DNA of 49,550 bases, taken from NCBI RefSeq assembly GCF_006345805.1, contig NW_021834375.1, forward strand, positions 1 to 49,550, written 5' to 3'. The notes under the pieces are model-generated. The model made no database searches, was not told the DNA's origin, and saw only the letters and a list, made by a program, of their open reading frames with translations. Both the position numbers and the translations under genes were made by a program. Positions 28,096-40,791 of the stretch are shown piece by piece. How positions within the stretch are numbered: the first letter of the stretch is position 1; every line of letters begins with the position of its first letter. The stretch comes from Octopus sinensis (taxonomy: Eukaryota).

Positions 28096-28255
28096 AAGAG
28101 TATTATGGCTAAGGTCTTTTTTCTTCGCAATCACAAGATTCTGTAATACGTCGCACAATGTGGCGCATAGTTTCAATAACCCCAAATTTGTATTTGAAAT
28201 ACGATAAATGGAAACTGATTGATGTTTCGCGGGTGAAGAGTAGTGAATTTGTTAC

Positions 28256-28426
28256 CTGATGTAACATCAACATCTGCCTTTGCGCATCATCGGAGACGTC
28301 TTTGTTGCAAATATTTGGAACAAATTTCCGTATGAGTGAACTGTCAGTTTCCTTCTCTCCCCTTTCCCCGTAAATCTCTCCACGGGGGCTGTGGGTGCTA
28401 CACTTTCTCATCTTGAACTAATCTAC
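28256..28426 (-). other. Candidate ATG-containing exon of an unidentified transcript
   Basis: Minus-strand atatttacag| acceptor and CATCAG|gtaaca donor; 52 open codons MRKCSTHSPRGEIYGERGEKETDSSLIRKFVPNICNKDVSDDAQRQMLMLHQ; GC-richer than flanks; no homology recognised. Confidence 0.25.
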
Positions 28427-29077
28427 CTGTAAATATATTATGCTGATCGGTTCGATTGACAAGCTTCAAACTCTGCTGTTGTTGTTGTTGTTAAGAAAAA
28501 GCCTACTGGCAAATGATTCTAAAGGACTTATTGATTAATACACCGAAAGACTTGCTGAATTCTTATTCTACAGCTTTAACAAGTAAAATTCTTCCATGTT
28601 ACAGAACCTTATCATGGCTTGCAAGATTGAGCCCTTTTTGAAACAACCCGTATCGAAAGCCAGTGTTTCTGATCATCTGTAGTCGTAGATAGTTTTACAT
28701 CAACCAACCCAAACCTGTCCACAAATAATTGCTGGTACTTAATTTACTGATTCGAGGCCAATGAATGATAATTTCGTCTGTAATATTTTCCAAATCAGAA
28801 ACATATTTTGACGAAGTAATATAGAGCATCTTGGATATATAATGCTAGCAGAATCGATCAATTTCGAATTATGAACACAACTAACCTCACTCCATTATTT
28901 TTCTGAAAGTAGAAAGAAAATTAAGAAGTGATGCTTTAGTAATTTACTCGTAGACTTCAAAGAGATGATAAAACTCAGAGCTCAGACCGCGCCAAACGAA
29001 TAACACCAAACATTCATCTCAATACTTTACCGACTCTGCTAATTCACTGTCATATACCATGAAGTAACCCGCGATCG

Positions 29078-29522
29078 GTTACTTGTTTCACTCACTCGAT
29101 TGTGGCCAGCTGCAGCACCGACTTGAAAGGTTTTAATCAAGCGAGTCGGCACTAGTTCTTGGTGTTAAAGTCTGTTACTTATTCTATCGGTCTTTTGTTG
29201 TCAACGAGGACATAAACAAGCTAATACCGATTGTCAAAAAGTACTAGGGATGAAACCCAAATACACATACACAACTATATACTTTATATGTGTGTGTGTG
29301 TATATTTGAGGATATGTGTGCGTGTTTGTGTGTATGTGTGTGTGAGTGTGTGTGTGTGTGTATTTGTGTAGACGACGGAGTGTTTAGTTTCCGTCTACCA
29401 AATCATTGAGAAAGGTTTTGGTGGGATCAGGGCTATAGTAGAAGACACTTGCCCAAGGTGACACGCAGTAGGACTGAACGTGGAACGATGCGTTTGTAAA
29501 ATAAACTCCTTACTACATAGCA
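29078..29522 (-). mobile_element. Diverged full-length SINE family B with (TG)n spacer
   Basis: Reverse complement of the 3' module (tgtggccagctgcagcaccg) and of the head (gtttccgtctaccaaatc...gctatagtagaagacacttgcccaaggtg). Confidence 0.85.
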
Positions 29523-29687
29523 AAACTAGTGCCTATATTTTTGGTGAGCTTATGGGTGAAGGTAAGTGAGGCAAATAGGATTAGTTAATGAAAAATATAT
29601 TCCTCCTAATTACATTGACAGGTGTGAGAACGTTGTCGGGTATTTTCTTCTAGAGACTCAGTTCAAATAAAAAGTAGCAAATAAATA

Positions 29688-29820
29688 TCGGTTTCAAACT
29701 TTGGCACGAGGCCTGCAATTTTGGGGGTTAGAGTAAATCGATTACCACATCTCAACTTGTTCTTACTTTATCGACCTCGAAATAATGAAAGGCAAAAATC
29801 GACGTAGGTGCTATTGGAAG
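29688..29820 (-). mobile_element. SINE family A 3' part
   Basis: tttcaaactttggcacgaggcctgcaatttt...actttatcgacctcgaaataatgaaaggcaaaaatcgac. Confidence 0.75.
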
Positions 29821-30690
29821 TTGCAAGCAGTTATTGATACGCTATCAATCGAAAGGATTAAACTGCTTCCCGATTAAAGGGCTGAATCTGTTGTTCGGTC
29901 AGCACCATCATCACAAGACCTTTGAATAGCTTCAGTTCAGTACACTCTTATCGGGGGGGGGGGGGAACAATTTCAGCCATTTTGAAAACCCTGTGAAATA
30001 GACATGGATGCTGTTTATCTACCTCTGAGTGTGGCAAACAAAAAATAAATATACAAAAACGATGTTGCTTGAAACGAGAATCGAAAGCCAGTATTCCCGA
30101 TCATCTTGAGTCGTAGAGAATTTTGCGTCACCCAGCCCCATTCTGTCCACTTCCAAACCGGCTCTGAATTATTGATTACTTGCCTACTTAATTATAGATC
30201 TCTGTGCCAAAATTCATTTTCATTGCCTCATTTGTGAATCAAATTTAGAACAGTTGCCGCCATTAATACTTATAATATAGTGTGCATTTGTAGGAAATGG
30301 TCAATGGAAATAATCTACATATATTCATCGCTTGTATATCGTTAACGCTACTATTTCCCACTTATCTAAGTAGTAGTTGTGATAGCCAACTAATAGATCA
30401 ATAACGGGCCGACACTATCGACGCCGTCACCATCACGATTTGTACCAATACATCTCATAACAATAAACGATCTCTCCGTTCCCACCGCCATATCTCGTAA
30501 CAATAAAACGTTATTAAACATATTTCTACGAGGGAAATCAAATGGTATAACGGAATTTTGAAAATGGAACACAGAAGTCAACAATAGTCTGTCGGTTATG
30601 AGATGACAGAGACGGTTTATAGGAGTCGTAACTCACTAGATTTCCTCTGCAAGCAACACATCTTCCTCTGATACATTATATAACGTACGT

Positions 30691-30994
30691 TAAGGCGGTG
30701 AACTGGCAGAAACGTTAGCACACTGTGCGAAATACTTAGCGGTATTTCGTCTGTCTTTACATTCTGAGTTCAAATTCCGCCGAGGTCAACTTTACCGTTC
30801 ATCATTTCGGTGTCGATTAAAATAAGTACCAGTTACGCACTGGGGTCGATATAATCGACTTAATCCGTTTGTCTGTCCTTGTTTATCCCCTCTGTGTGTA
30901 GCCCCATGTGGGCAGTAAAGAAATAGGTATTTCATCTGCCGTTACATTCTGAGTTCAAATTCCGCCGATGTCGACTTTGCTTTCCATCCTTTCG
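30691..30994 (+). mobile_element. SINE family A full copy plus partial tandem second unit (30926-30994)
   Basis: Full unit ends gtaaagaaataggt and restarts at the internal ggtattt(c) of the head, repeating ctgagttcaaattccgccga...cgactttgc. Confidence 0.9.
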
Positions 30995-32355
30995 AACCAT
31001 GTGGTTCGTTAGCAAGCTACTTACCACTGAGCCACATCGATTTACCATTATATCACTTATTGGAGTACAACCATGTTATTGGAGTACAGCCATGTTGATG
31101 TACCATACGGAAGGGCTTAACCGATTTTCATTATTCTACGAATGCTATCGGATCCTTCATGCTGATCTATGAAATAAAGGGGACACATATAAACTAACAG
31201 GGACTGTCATACAGTGAAAAACAATCGCAAAAACACACACACGAGAGCGGAGACTCTCTAACGTAGATATACGACGGGCTTCCTGTAGTCTCCATCTTAT
31301 TCAGTCGTAAAGCATTGGTTGGCAAATACGAAAATTGTTGCGCAATGGGGCTGGACTAGAAATGACGCGAACGTGAAGTGAACATCTTATGCATAAACAC
31401 ATTCTGTGGAACATTTTTTCACTCTTATCAATAATTCATTTTTGTTGAGTGTCTTAAACTTATTTTTTAATTAATTATTATATTAATTATGATAATTAAT
31501 TCTCGTCGATTCACTTAAACTCATTCATTAATGCATAACTATATTAATTCTAATATTTCACTCATGTTGAGAAGGCTAAACTAGTTCTTTCTATTCTCAT
31601 TAATCTTTTTCTCAAAATTTCTTAATTAAATTCAATTAAGAAATATTTTGTCCATTAATTACGAGAAGTTTATGAGATATTCACAAGGAATGGTGCCAGA
31701 AACATCTGTGTGGTTGAAGATATGGATTTGTTATTTCTCAAGTCCAGAATTACTGTTTCCTGTCTTTTTATTTACGTCGCAATGTGAATATATACATATA
31801 TATATATATATGTATATATATATTGTAATTTAGGGTATCAACGAGATACCGCCACGCTGGAAATAGCAGCCAAAATCTGACTTTAAAACCACGTTAAATG
31901 TTCATACAGCACAAGGCGAGAAGACAAAAAGACAAAATAGACTAGCAAAAAATTACTGGATAATTCCAAGCATAAGAAATGCTTTGCCTCATCAGTGGAA
32001 ATATACGCAGAAAGTAATGTAAATACACACATATATATATACATATAACATACAAATACATATATGCACGTATGCAACACGACCAGTTTAAATTGTCCGC
32101 CTTCAAACTCATCCTGTGATATGGCTAAAACATTACCGCAGTAAATACAATGACGAAATAAATTTAACATTTATATAAATAAGGATAAGAACGTTAATTC
32201 AAATAAAATATCGATCATATCAAGTGCCCAGCATGGAAATAAAAACCTTCAAAGGAAATAATTATTATCAAAATTATAATTTAGGGTATCTAGGAGATAC
32301 CGCGACGCTGGATATCCTTATAAATAAGGATAAGATCGTTAATATATATATATAT

Positions 32356-32517
32356 ATATATAAGAATTTTATACGTAATAAAATAAAAAACCAAGGCTGT
32401 ATCGATATTAGAGCATTTATAGATAGGTGTAAGAATCTGTAAGATCTATCTATAAATGTTCTAATATTTATACAGCCTTGGTTTTTTTTATCTTATTACG
32501 CATAAAATTCTTATATA
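32356..32517. repeat. Inverted repeat with about 70-bp arms and a 19-nt loop
   Basis: tatataagaattttatacgtaat...gcatttatagatag (32356-32426) pairs with ctatctataaatg...cataaaattcttatata (32446-32517), with few mismatches. Confidence 0.9.
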
Positions 32518-33044
32518 CACACGCTGTCATAGAACCCTTTATTCGCAATATTACCGAATCTGGAACTTAACTATGGTCTGTCTATAGCACTTATTCAGCA
32601 TTACCTGACACCTTTGGGTCTCAATGACACCATTATCTCTTATATATATATACATATATAAAGCAGGAAACTGAGGAAAAGAAATGGCTGGATTGTAAAA
32701 AATTATAATTATTTATGTTATATTCGGTTATGTTATATTTGATTCATAGTATTTAATGTAATATTGTAATATCAATAAATTATTGGTTTGTCAATAGTAT
32801 ATCTCTGTATTTAATTTACCTTTATATCCATACATATATATGTGTGTGTGTGTGTCTATAAAATTTCTACAAGGCAGTGACCCACGATGACTACAATCTA
32901 ATTAAAATACGTAGACGATAAAAGATAACACACACACACATATATATATATATTCATACATTCTCACAAATGATCACATAGACATACATTTCACACAAAC
33001 GCATGCGCACACACACACGCATATATATACTTGACACTGAATTA

Positions 33045-33267
33045 TTGGAAGTCCACCTGAAGATTGTCGATCAAGACAAGAAACGATTGTAGTGGCGGTT
33101 TTTTTGACTATTTATTAAAATTTTATGTATTGATTAAGTCTTTCCTTGTTTGTTTTGCAAAATAGTGGTTTTGTCTCGAATAATATTTTATAATATTTTA
33201 CTATAAAATCGATTTAATCCTAAATCTGATTTTTTTCCCTGTAATTTGGATTTATTCCCTAATATTT
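33045..33267 (+). mobile_element. Hammerhead-bearing small repeat, family H1, copy 1 (PLE- or retrozyme-like)
   Basis: Homologous over about 220 bp to the reverse complement of 42350-42590; both copies end at ...ttccctaatattt next to (TA)n. Confidence 0.8.
33053..33095 (+). ncRNA. Minimal type I hammerhead ribozyme motif
   Basis: ccac CTGAAGA ttgtc gatcaa gacaa GAAA C gatt G TA gtgg: stem I 4 bp, CUGANGA core, stem II 5 bp, GAAA, self-complementary CGATTG stem III, GUA site. Confidence 0.8.
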
Positions 33268-33272
33268 ATTAT

Positions 33273-33336
<64 letters not shown>

Positions 33337-33343
33337 AATATAT

Positions 33344-33431
<88 letters not shown>

Positions 33432-34754
33432 GTATATATAGTCACACGCATAGATTACATTTAATAATAAAAACAAAACGTTCCTGGTTTACTCGCTCTA
33501 TCTTTCTACATATTATTTTGAATAACATCATCTAAGTACCTAAATAGAAATCAATTCAATGAAACTGATTTGAACTAAATTTCCGCTTTTTGTTTATTTC
33601 GAATTGTTGACTTTATATTCCTTTCGCTGCTGATAACATTTTTCAGTCAGGACAATTAAAATCCATCAAGATTTCCAAGTACATTCAACGTTCATCAATG
33701 TAAGAATACAAATACGATATTGGTGCAAAGGTGATTCTTTTCACACCTTATTTATTCCGTCAATATTCCCAAACAATAATCGTTCTACGTTTAAACGTGT
33801 TCGTAATCACGCAAGGAACTGATAAATTGGTAGATTAAGATCTATTTGCACTAAGATAAACTCATCGGTTTGCAGATGTGAATAGGTTTAATACTTACGA
33901 TTTGAACTACGCGAATATATTTGCTTACAAAGCCGACGGCCATTTTCGAATTCTTTTCTATTTTTATCTCCACATATTTCTATCAAATTATTAAATGCTA
34001 TCTGTCTGTTACTTACCAACGAAAACCTATTCCTTATCTCATTTTGAAGAATTTCGACACCTACAAATACTTTTAAATGTCTAATGTTTGTTTGAAAAGC
34101 AAGAAGTCGCCTTCATTGTTTACCTCTCGACCCAAAAAGCGTTTAAACTGATAAGACAACATTTAAACTCGAACGTGGGCTCAAAACTATCAATTAAACA
34201 AAGTATTCGGCAACAGACGTAGCGACTGAATGATTGCTCTGTATGGTCGCACAACCTGCTAGACATCATTCCCAAATATCATTCGAAGCACGCTTGACCA
34301 CTCGTCGATAACGAAAAGACAATTTATGTAACGTCGTCCAACTCACTGCTAAAAATATGATGAGATGTTGGCGGATGGAAGGCATTTCATACGATGCCTG
34401 CCAGGGCTAAAAACCGACATCATTTAATGAAAACGGAAGGATAGCTCTACACAGTCGTACAGCCAAATAGACATAGCAGGTAAGCCTGCTTCTAGTCGCT
34501 ACTTAAGACAGTGAAACAGAAGTACATATCGGATTGCTGAAAAATCGAACGCAACCAATATGAAATATGGAAACGAGGCAGGATGATGCTGATTGGAACG
34601 ATTTTGACCATAGGGTTCCTCAGCTAGGCTCTGTCTGCGGCAAGCAACAGCAAAACATCTACTACTACTACTAATACAAACCAACATTGACTGTTAAATA
34701 CACACACACACGCGCGCGCGCGCGCGCGCGTGTGTGTTTGAGCATCTGTATATA

Positions 34755-35260
34755 ACTCCCACCACCGCTTGACTCTCAGTGTTGGTTTGTTTACGTCCCC
34801 ACCCCCGTGTGTTAGTGGTTAAACAAAAGAGGCGGTTATAATAGGTAGCAAGTTTTCTTTTTTTTAATGTACTCTAAGGCGGTGCCTCAGCCTGGCCGCA
34901 ATCTAATGAGTGAAGCAACTAAAAGATGAAAGCTTCCAGAGAATTCCAGCGAAGAAGAATGGTCACGGCTGGAGACCCTTTGCTTAATAACAGCTGATCT
35001 ATAGCTAAGTAAGAGAATGGACGTTTGTTGGATTAATACGCATGTATGCATTGTGGTGTCTGAACCTATTTTGAATCTCCTCTCCTCAGCCTTCAATTAT
35101 TTGCCATTGATCGCGAGATCAATGACTTACTCGTGCGCTAACAGATTTTAGTTGAACGAAGCGAACCCAGTCGATTTTTTAAAGCCTGGTCCCTATTCCA
35201 TCCGTCTCTATTACCGAACGGTTCAGTTCAGAGGACGTAAACAAACCGACACCGACAGAC
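34755..35260. mobile_element. Diverged SINE family B 3' modules (plus strand 34755-34925, minus strand about 35085-35260)
   Basis: gtttgtttacgtcccc...aaggcggtgcctcagcctggccgca, and the reverse-complement gaggacgtaaacaaacc. Confidence 0.65.
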
Positions 35261-35634
35261 AGATTCTATGATAAGAAGAATAAATATTATACACTTGTAT
35301 ATTTGTTTTCTCCTCTTAAAACAGCATCCGTCCTCCCTTCCACACAGCATTGTGTTGCAATCACCATCAGTTATTTGATGAAACCAAAATCCTCCCTTTT
35401 TCTGTGAAACTTTCTGTTGTCTTTTTCATTGCGACTATTTCTTTATGAGGTGACTTCAGGTTGGAGTTACTTAGAGGGTAGATGTATGATAGGTGGTGAG
35501 AGCATTGCTTCACTTATATGTCTTAATTATGCTTACATTACCAAAATATATAAATGCATGAGTATATACAAATACGTATCTGTGTATGTGTGTGTGAGTT
35601 TATGATTGTAATTGTGTATACTTGTGTGTGTGCG

Positions 35635-35910
35635 ATGAACCTCCGTTGTCCGATAATGAGGATCAACCGAATACTCTGTCGCTGAATTGAAGTGTAAGTG
35701 GCTGGTCAATCGGCAGTCACATATATTCCTATAGTAATCGCCTGATAGAATCAGCGTGATTTTTGCATCACAAGCACAATCCACCTGGCGGTTTTCGATT
35801 TCGTTTCAAGTATTTTCATGAAATAATTGCCAATTGTCCTGGAGGCCAAGCGGGAGGATCGAAAGCGTACGTCAGATTTGCGAAGGGAGCTTCTTAACCA
35901 CTCAGTTCCA
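35635..35910 (-). mobile_element. Old SINE with family B-like head and family C-like tail
   Basis: gagcttcttaaccac head; aagtgtaagtggctg and gatcaaccgaatactctgtc match the shared tail at low identity. Confidence 0.5.
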
Positions 35911-36027
35911 ATACAACTATATACGCATGTATTTACGTATGTATACATCCAAACATACATGCAGCATGGCGTGCCTATTTATACGTATATGTGCGTATGT
36001 GTGAGTTTAAACATCCATATATATATG

Positions 36028-36058
<31 letters not shown>

Positions 36059-36211
36059 ACATAAGATAGCGAATATTCGTTATAAATATCACCACCAGTG
36101 ACCTAGCATGTATAAATAGTCAATAGGTCAATAGACAACATATTCATATTTTAAAATAATGTACATAAACACAAAAGAAAACTACCCTTTAACAGGTAAT
36201 TTTTACATGGC

Positions 36212-36257
<46 letters not shown>

Positions 36258-37007
36258 CATGTACTTGTGTGTACGGACATGTGCGTGTTCCTTTGTACAA
36301 AAGTATATTTGTGTATTCTATATTTGCGGGGGTAACTTAAAAGTTCGCGAGAGATTCGTGCTCTTTCTGTTTTGTAATTGCAAAATATATTATTGTCAAA
36401 GCAGGAGGCGGGCAATGTAGTAACATTATGTATTGAAACATATAGTTAACCGTATTGGATATGTATTTTTGCAGCTGGTTTTGTTTACAATCTAAAACGT
36501 TGTCAATTATGGATAAGATAATGGCAGAAAAATCGCTTAAGACTACATCAATCTCTATATCATTAATAATTAGTACTATAAGAATGTTTCTATCCCAACT
36601 TTTGATTTAGCTATTCCGGTGATAAATAGTATTCTGGATTCTATAATACTATATTTTTTTTTTCATAGAAACTTTTTATTCAGCGTTTTCTATGTTATTA
36701 TCTTTCTCTATCCATTATTTACATCTAGAAAGTTAAAAAAGAATGAGCATTGCAGATGCATGGTTTTTGTGGTTTAAGAAGATTGCTTCGTAACCAGCTG
36801 GTTCTTAGATTGATCTCAGTACGCAGCCCCCGAGGCGTTAGCGAGCACAGAGTGTCTTCTACCACAGCTTTCGATTGGTAATTACTTTGTGAGTATAATT
36901 TTACAGACGGAATTCTTTCTAGACGCTAAAATCTAGCTGCCAAAACCGGTCGGTAAATGTGGTCGGGAGAAAATTAAATTCCATGTTCGAGCGGTAATAG
37001 CGAAGTT

Positions 37008-37241
37008 GTAAGGCGGCGAGCTGGCAGAAACGTTAGCACGCCGGGCAAAATGCTTAGCGATATTTCGTCTGCCGCTACGTTGTGAGTTCAAATCCGCCGA
37101 GGTCGACTTTGCCTTTCATCGTTTCGGGGTCGATAAATTAAGTACCAGTTACGCACTGGGGTCGATGTAATCGACTTAATACCTATGTATGTCCTTGTTT
37201 GTCCCCTCTGTGTTTAGCCCCTTGTGGGTAATAAAGAAATA
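37008..37241 (+). mobile_element. Full-length young SINE family A with 15-bp target-site duplication
   Basis: ggtaatagcgaagtt at 36993-37007 and 37242-37256 flanks a complete unit. Confidence 0.95.
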
Positions 37242-37536
37242 GGTAATAGCGAAGTTAAACATTTAGAAATCTGCGCGCGCATGTGTGTGTGTGTGGGGGG
37301 GGATTTCGTAGTTGGTCGTTATTTTCCGTAATAGTCATCTTCACTAATATTGAAGCTGATATTGTAGTCAGTTGATCATAGAGCTCATTTGTGATGGCAT
37401 GCCTCGGACTAATCATAGTGGAAGCTGTCCATGCACACAGACAGACATTCGCTTTCACACACAGATGCACGTACATACACAAGTCCGCTCACGCGCACAC
37501 ACATGCACATGTATGCACATACATGCACATAGGCAT

Positions 37537-37640
37537 AGGAGTGGCTGTGTGGTAAGTAGCTAGCTTACCAACCACATTGTTCCCGGTTCAGTCCCACTGC
37601 GTGTCACCTTGGGCAAGTGTCTTCTACTGTAGCCTCGGGC
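37537..37640 (+). mobile_element. SINE family B, 5' 100 bp only
   Basis: ggagtggctgtgtggtaagtagc...ggttcagtcccactgcgtgtcaccttgggcaagtgtcttctactgtagcctcgggc. Confidence 0.92.
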
Positions 37641-37766
37641 TATACATTGGTACTATGGGAAATGATTGCTCTGCTTTACGAGTTTTCGCTTTACAAGCGG
37701 TCTCAGGTAACAGAGTAACATTTATTTCGAGGCATTACTATGTATAAGTGTGTGTGTGTCAAAGTC

Positions 37767-37979
37767 TTGGGTTGTCCGGAAAGTTCCTGCCGATTTTTAA
37801 ACGAAAGAAAAAAGTCAATAATTAGAAATGTTTACCATTAAGACTATTCTGCAGAGACCTGAATAACTGTGCTCTAAATGGAGGTGTAGTCAAATAATTT
37901 TTTATGGACTCAACAATGTTCTAGAATAAGTCGAAAGGTAAGCTACTATAAATCGGCACGTACTTTCCGGACAACCCAA
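37767..37979. mobile_element. Tc1/mariner-type MITE (second family)
   Basis: 30-bp TIRs ttgggttgtccggaaagttcctgccgattt and aaatcggcacgtactttccggacaacccaa with about 2 mismatches; TA follows the right TIR, left flank is tc. Confidence 0.88.
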
Positions 37980-38608
37980 TATATAATGTATACCAGCATC
38001 TCCGAGCAAGAGGCTATTACTAATTCGTATCTTTATACAGTGTACTTTAAATTATATTTATCTCTCACTGGCTGGAGAAAGAGAGAGAGAGAGAGAGAGA
38101 AACAGAGAGAGACAGACAGACATACAGAAAGACAGAGGCGGACAGACAGATAGACAGGTAGACAGAGAAATATAGACACACGTGTACACACCCCTTTATA
38201 CATATATCTGATAATTGCTTACGTAGTTTTCTTTTTGTGTGTGTGTTTATGAGATTGTCGTAGGGGTGGGAAGCGGGTGTTTGTTTTTTGTTTTCTTTTT
38301 ATCTATAAATAAAGTATGACACTTAAACTTCATCACAAACTGACTTCAATTTATGCCTACTTCCAAAGGTGTGGTATCGAAATCGATCGGTTAGGTTTTT
38401 TTTTTTTTTTTTTCGATTCCTTATTAGATTATGAGAGATTTTCAATGACAAGCTTCAAAAATATACATTCATCGAAGAATGAATCCGTAATGGAAAGTTT
38501 TGACCAAAATCTAATTAGAAATAGCCGCCAAAAATGGAAAGAAACGAATCATATAATATATATGTGTGTGTGTGTGTGTGTGTGCGTGGGTATGTATATA
38601 TATATTCA

Positions 38609-38653
<45 letters not shown>

Positions 38654-38839
38654 ATATACATATATATGTGTGTGTGTGTGCGTGCGTGTGTATATATATT
38701 CAAATATATATATATACAATATATATATTATATATATATACGTGTGGGTGTGTGTATGTATATACATACATATACGTATATATACGTATATATATATTTA
38801 TACATATTTATGCATAAATGTAAATGTATATACACACAC

Positions 38840-38887
<48 letters not shown>

Positions 38888-39589
38888 TGTATGTATGTAT
38901 ACATTTATTGTCTATGTACGAATGTGTTTAATGTACGTATTTGTGAAAAATATATGCATATAGATGTTATATAATATATATATATGTATATACATACATA
39001 CACTCACACACACACATAAATTATAGAAACCTAAATAAATCTTTTATACAAAGTCATCATAGATTACGATTTGTTATTTATATGTTATGGCATACATATA
39101 TATATTTCCATTAGCAATTCTTGCTTTATTTTGTGGTTTTTTTTTGTTTGTTTGCCTCAGTGTTTTTTTTTGTGGTTATTTATTTCTGTTCTTTTGTTTC
39201 TAATTGTGTAGGTTTCGCAGTGTTAAACTTCCAAATAATGACGCAGTTTTACAAGAGAGTTTCGGGTATTCAATTGCAGACAGAATAGAAAGAGAAATAC
39301 AAATAGAAAATGTTAGAGCTTTTCAAAATCAATCAAGGACTGAGTGTTGAGGAATTTTCACTTCCTTCTATTAAGAAAGCAAAATCGATGACAAGAAAGA
39401 AAAAGGAAACTATTTTATAGGTTCTTGTTTTTGTTGATATTATTGTTCTTCCATTAGCTCGTATTGTTTATTTATTTTTGGTGGTGATTCTTAGAACCAG
39501 GTCAGAATTATCGAACACATTTACGACGAAAGGTGGCCCGGCCTTGAGCAGACCGTATTTTGTTTACAGACATAAATTGCATAACATTA

Positions 39590-39621
<32 letters not shown>

Positions 39622-40707
39622 CTATGTTTGACTTTTGCTTTATATTTGTACAAGTTGGCTCCAAGTCTCACCCAGAGACCACAAGAGACAACAGGGTTGG
39701 AAGTTCATGCTGTTGTTATGCCTAGTGTGCCATATATTTGGGGGGTGGGGGTTTTGTACTAATGAATGTCTAAAAAAAAAGTTGTTTTTTTTTTTAAACC
39801 GAAAATTATGTTTGTTTTAAACCTTGGGATTACATAGAAAGTATTTTGCGTAGGATATGAGCAGTTCCCATGAGCACTATCTTTTGAATTTCTACCATTT
39901 TTGAGTTTCCTGGTATCTGAGTTAGGTAGCTATCAGCCCCTTTTGCTATCATTCCCAGGGCACCTATGACAACAGGTATTGTTTTAGTCTTCAGCTTCCA
40001 CATTTTGCTGATTTCTATTTCAAGATCTTTATATTTGCTCAGTTTTTGGTAGGTCTTGACAGATACGTTTATATCGATTGGGACAGTCATATCAATGAGG
40101 AGGCATGTTCTTTGTTTGAAGTCTTTCAATATGATGTCTGGCCTATTTGCATCTATCTTTCTGTCAGTTTGAATGGTGAAGTTCCAGAGGAGTGAGATGT
40201 GGTCATTTTCAAGCACTGGGGGTGGTTTGTGTTCCCACCAGTTTTTTTCATGGGGCAAATCCAGGTTTTTACAGATTACCCAGTGAATATATTGTGCAGC
40301 TCTATCGTGCCTGTTGAGATACTCTGTAGGCGCTAGAAGACTGCACTTGGAGACCACATGGTCAATGGTTTCATTTTGTTGCTTGCATACACGACACGTT
40401 GGACTGCTTCTGATCTTTAATATGTTGGCCTGGTAGTTTCTTGTTGGTAGGCATTGATCTTGAGCTGCTATGATAAACCCCTCTGTTTCAGATTTTAAGC
40501 CAGAGGCCATTAGCCATTGATGGGTCAGGGCTTTGTCAACATCTGCATCATTTGCTCTCTTTGGGTATTTGCCATAGAGAGATTTTTCTTGCCATTTATC
40601 ATTCAGAATATCTAAGGCCGCAGATTTAGCACGGGTTTTCATGCGCTTAGCTTTTTCTGTGCCTGTTTCTTGTATGTCTATCTCTAATTCCGAAATTTGT
40701 TGTATTC
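39622..40707 (-). mobile_element. 5'-truncated R4/Dong-type non-LTR retrotransposon (restriction-like endonuclease) with about 200-bp 3' UTR, inserted in (TAA)n
   Basis: ORF motifs as in the CDS entry; (TAA)n directly abuts both ends (39586-39621 and 40708-40789). Confidence 0.88.
39830..40707 (-). CDS. C-terminal approximately 290 aa of an RLE-type retrotransposon polyprotein (no start codon or RT domain)
   Basis: Uninterrupted frame with ETEGFIIAAQDQCLPTRNY, CRVCKQQNETIDHVVSKC (CCHC), RHD, RPDIILKDFKQRTCLLID (PD-x12-D) and KLSKY. Confidence 0.85.
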
Positions 40708-40750
<43 letters not shown>

Positions 40751-40791
40751 GTTATTATTATTATTATTGTTATTATTATTATTATTATTTT

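Noticed and set aside
31964-32000. Minus-strand ttcca CTGATGA ... tggaa (hammerhead core with stem I)
   Set aside because: No GAAA or stem II/III arrangement between the core and the 3' stem I strand.
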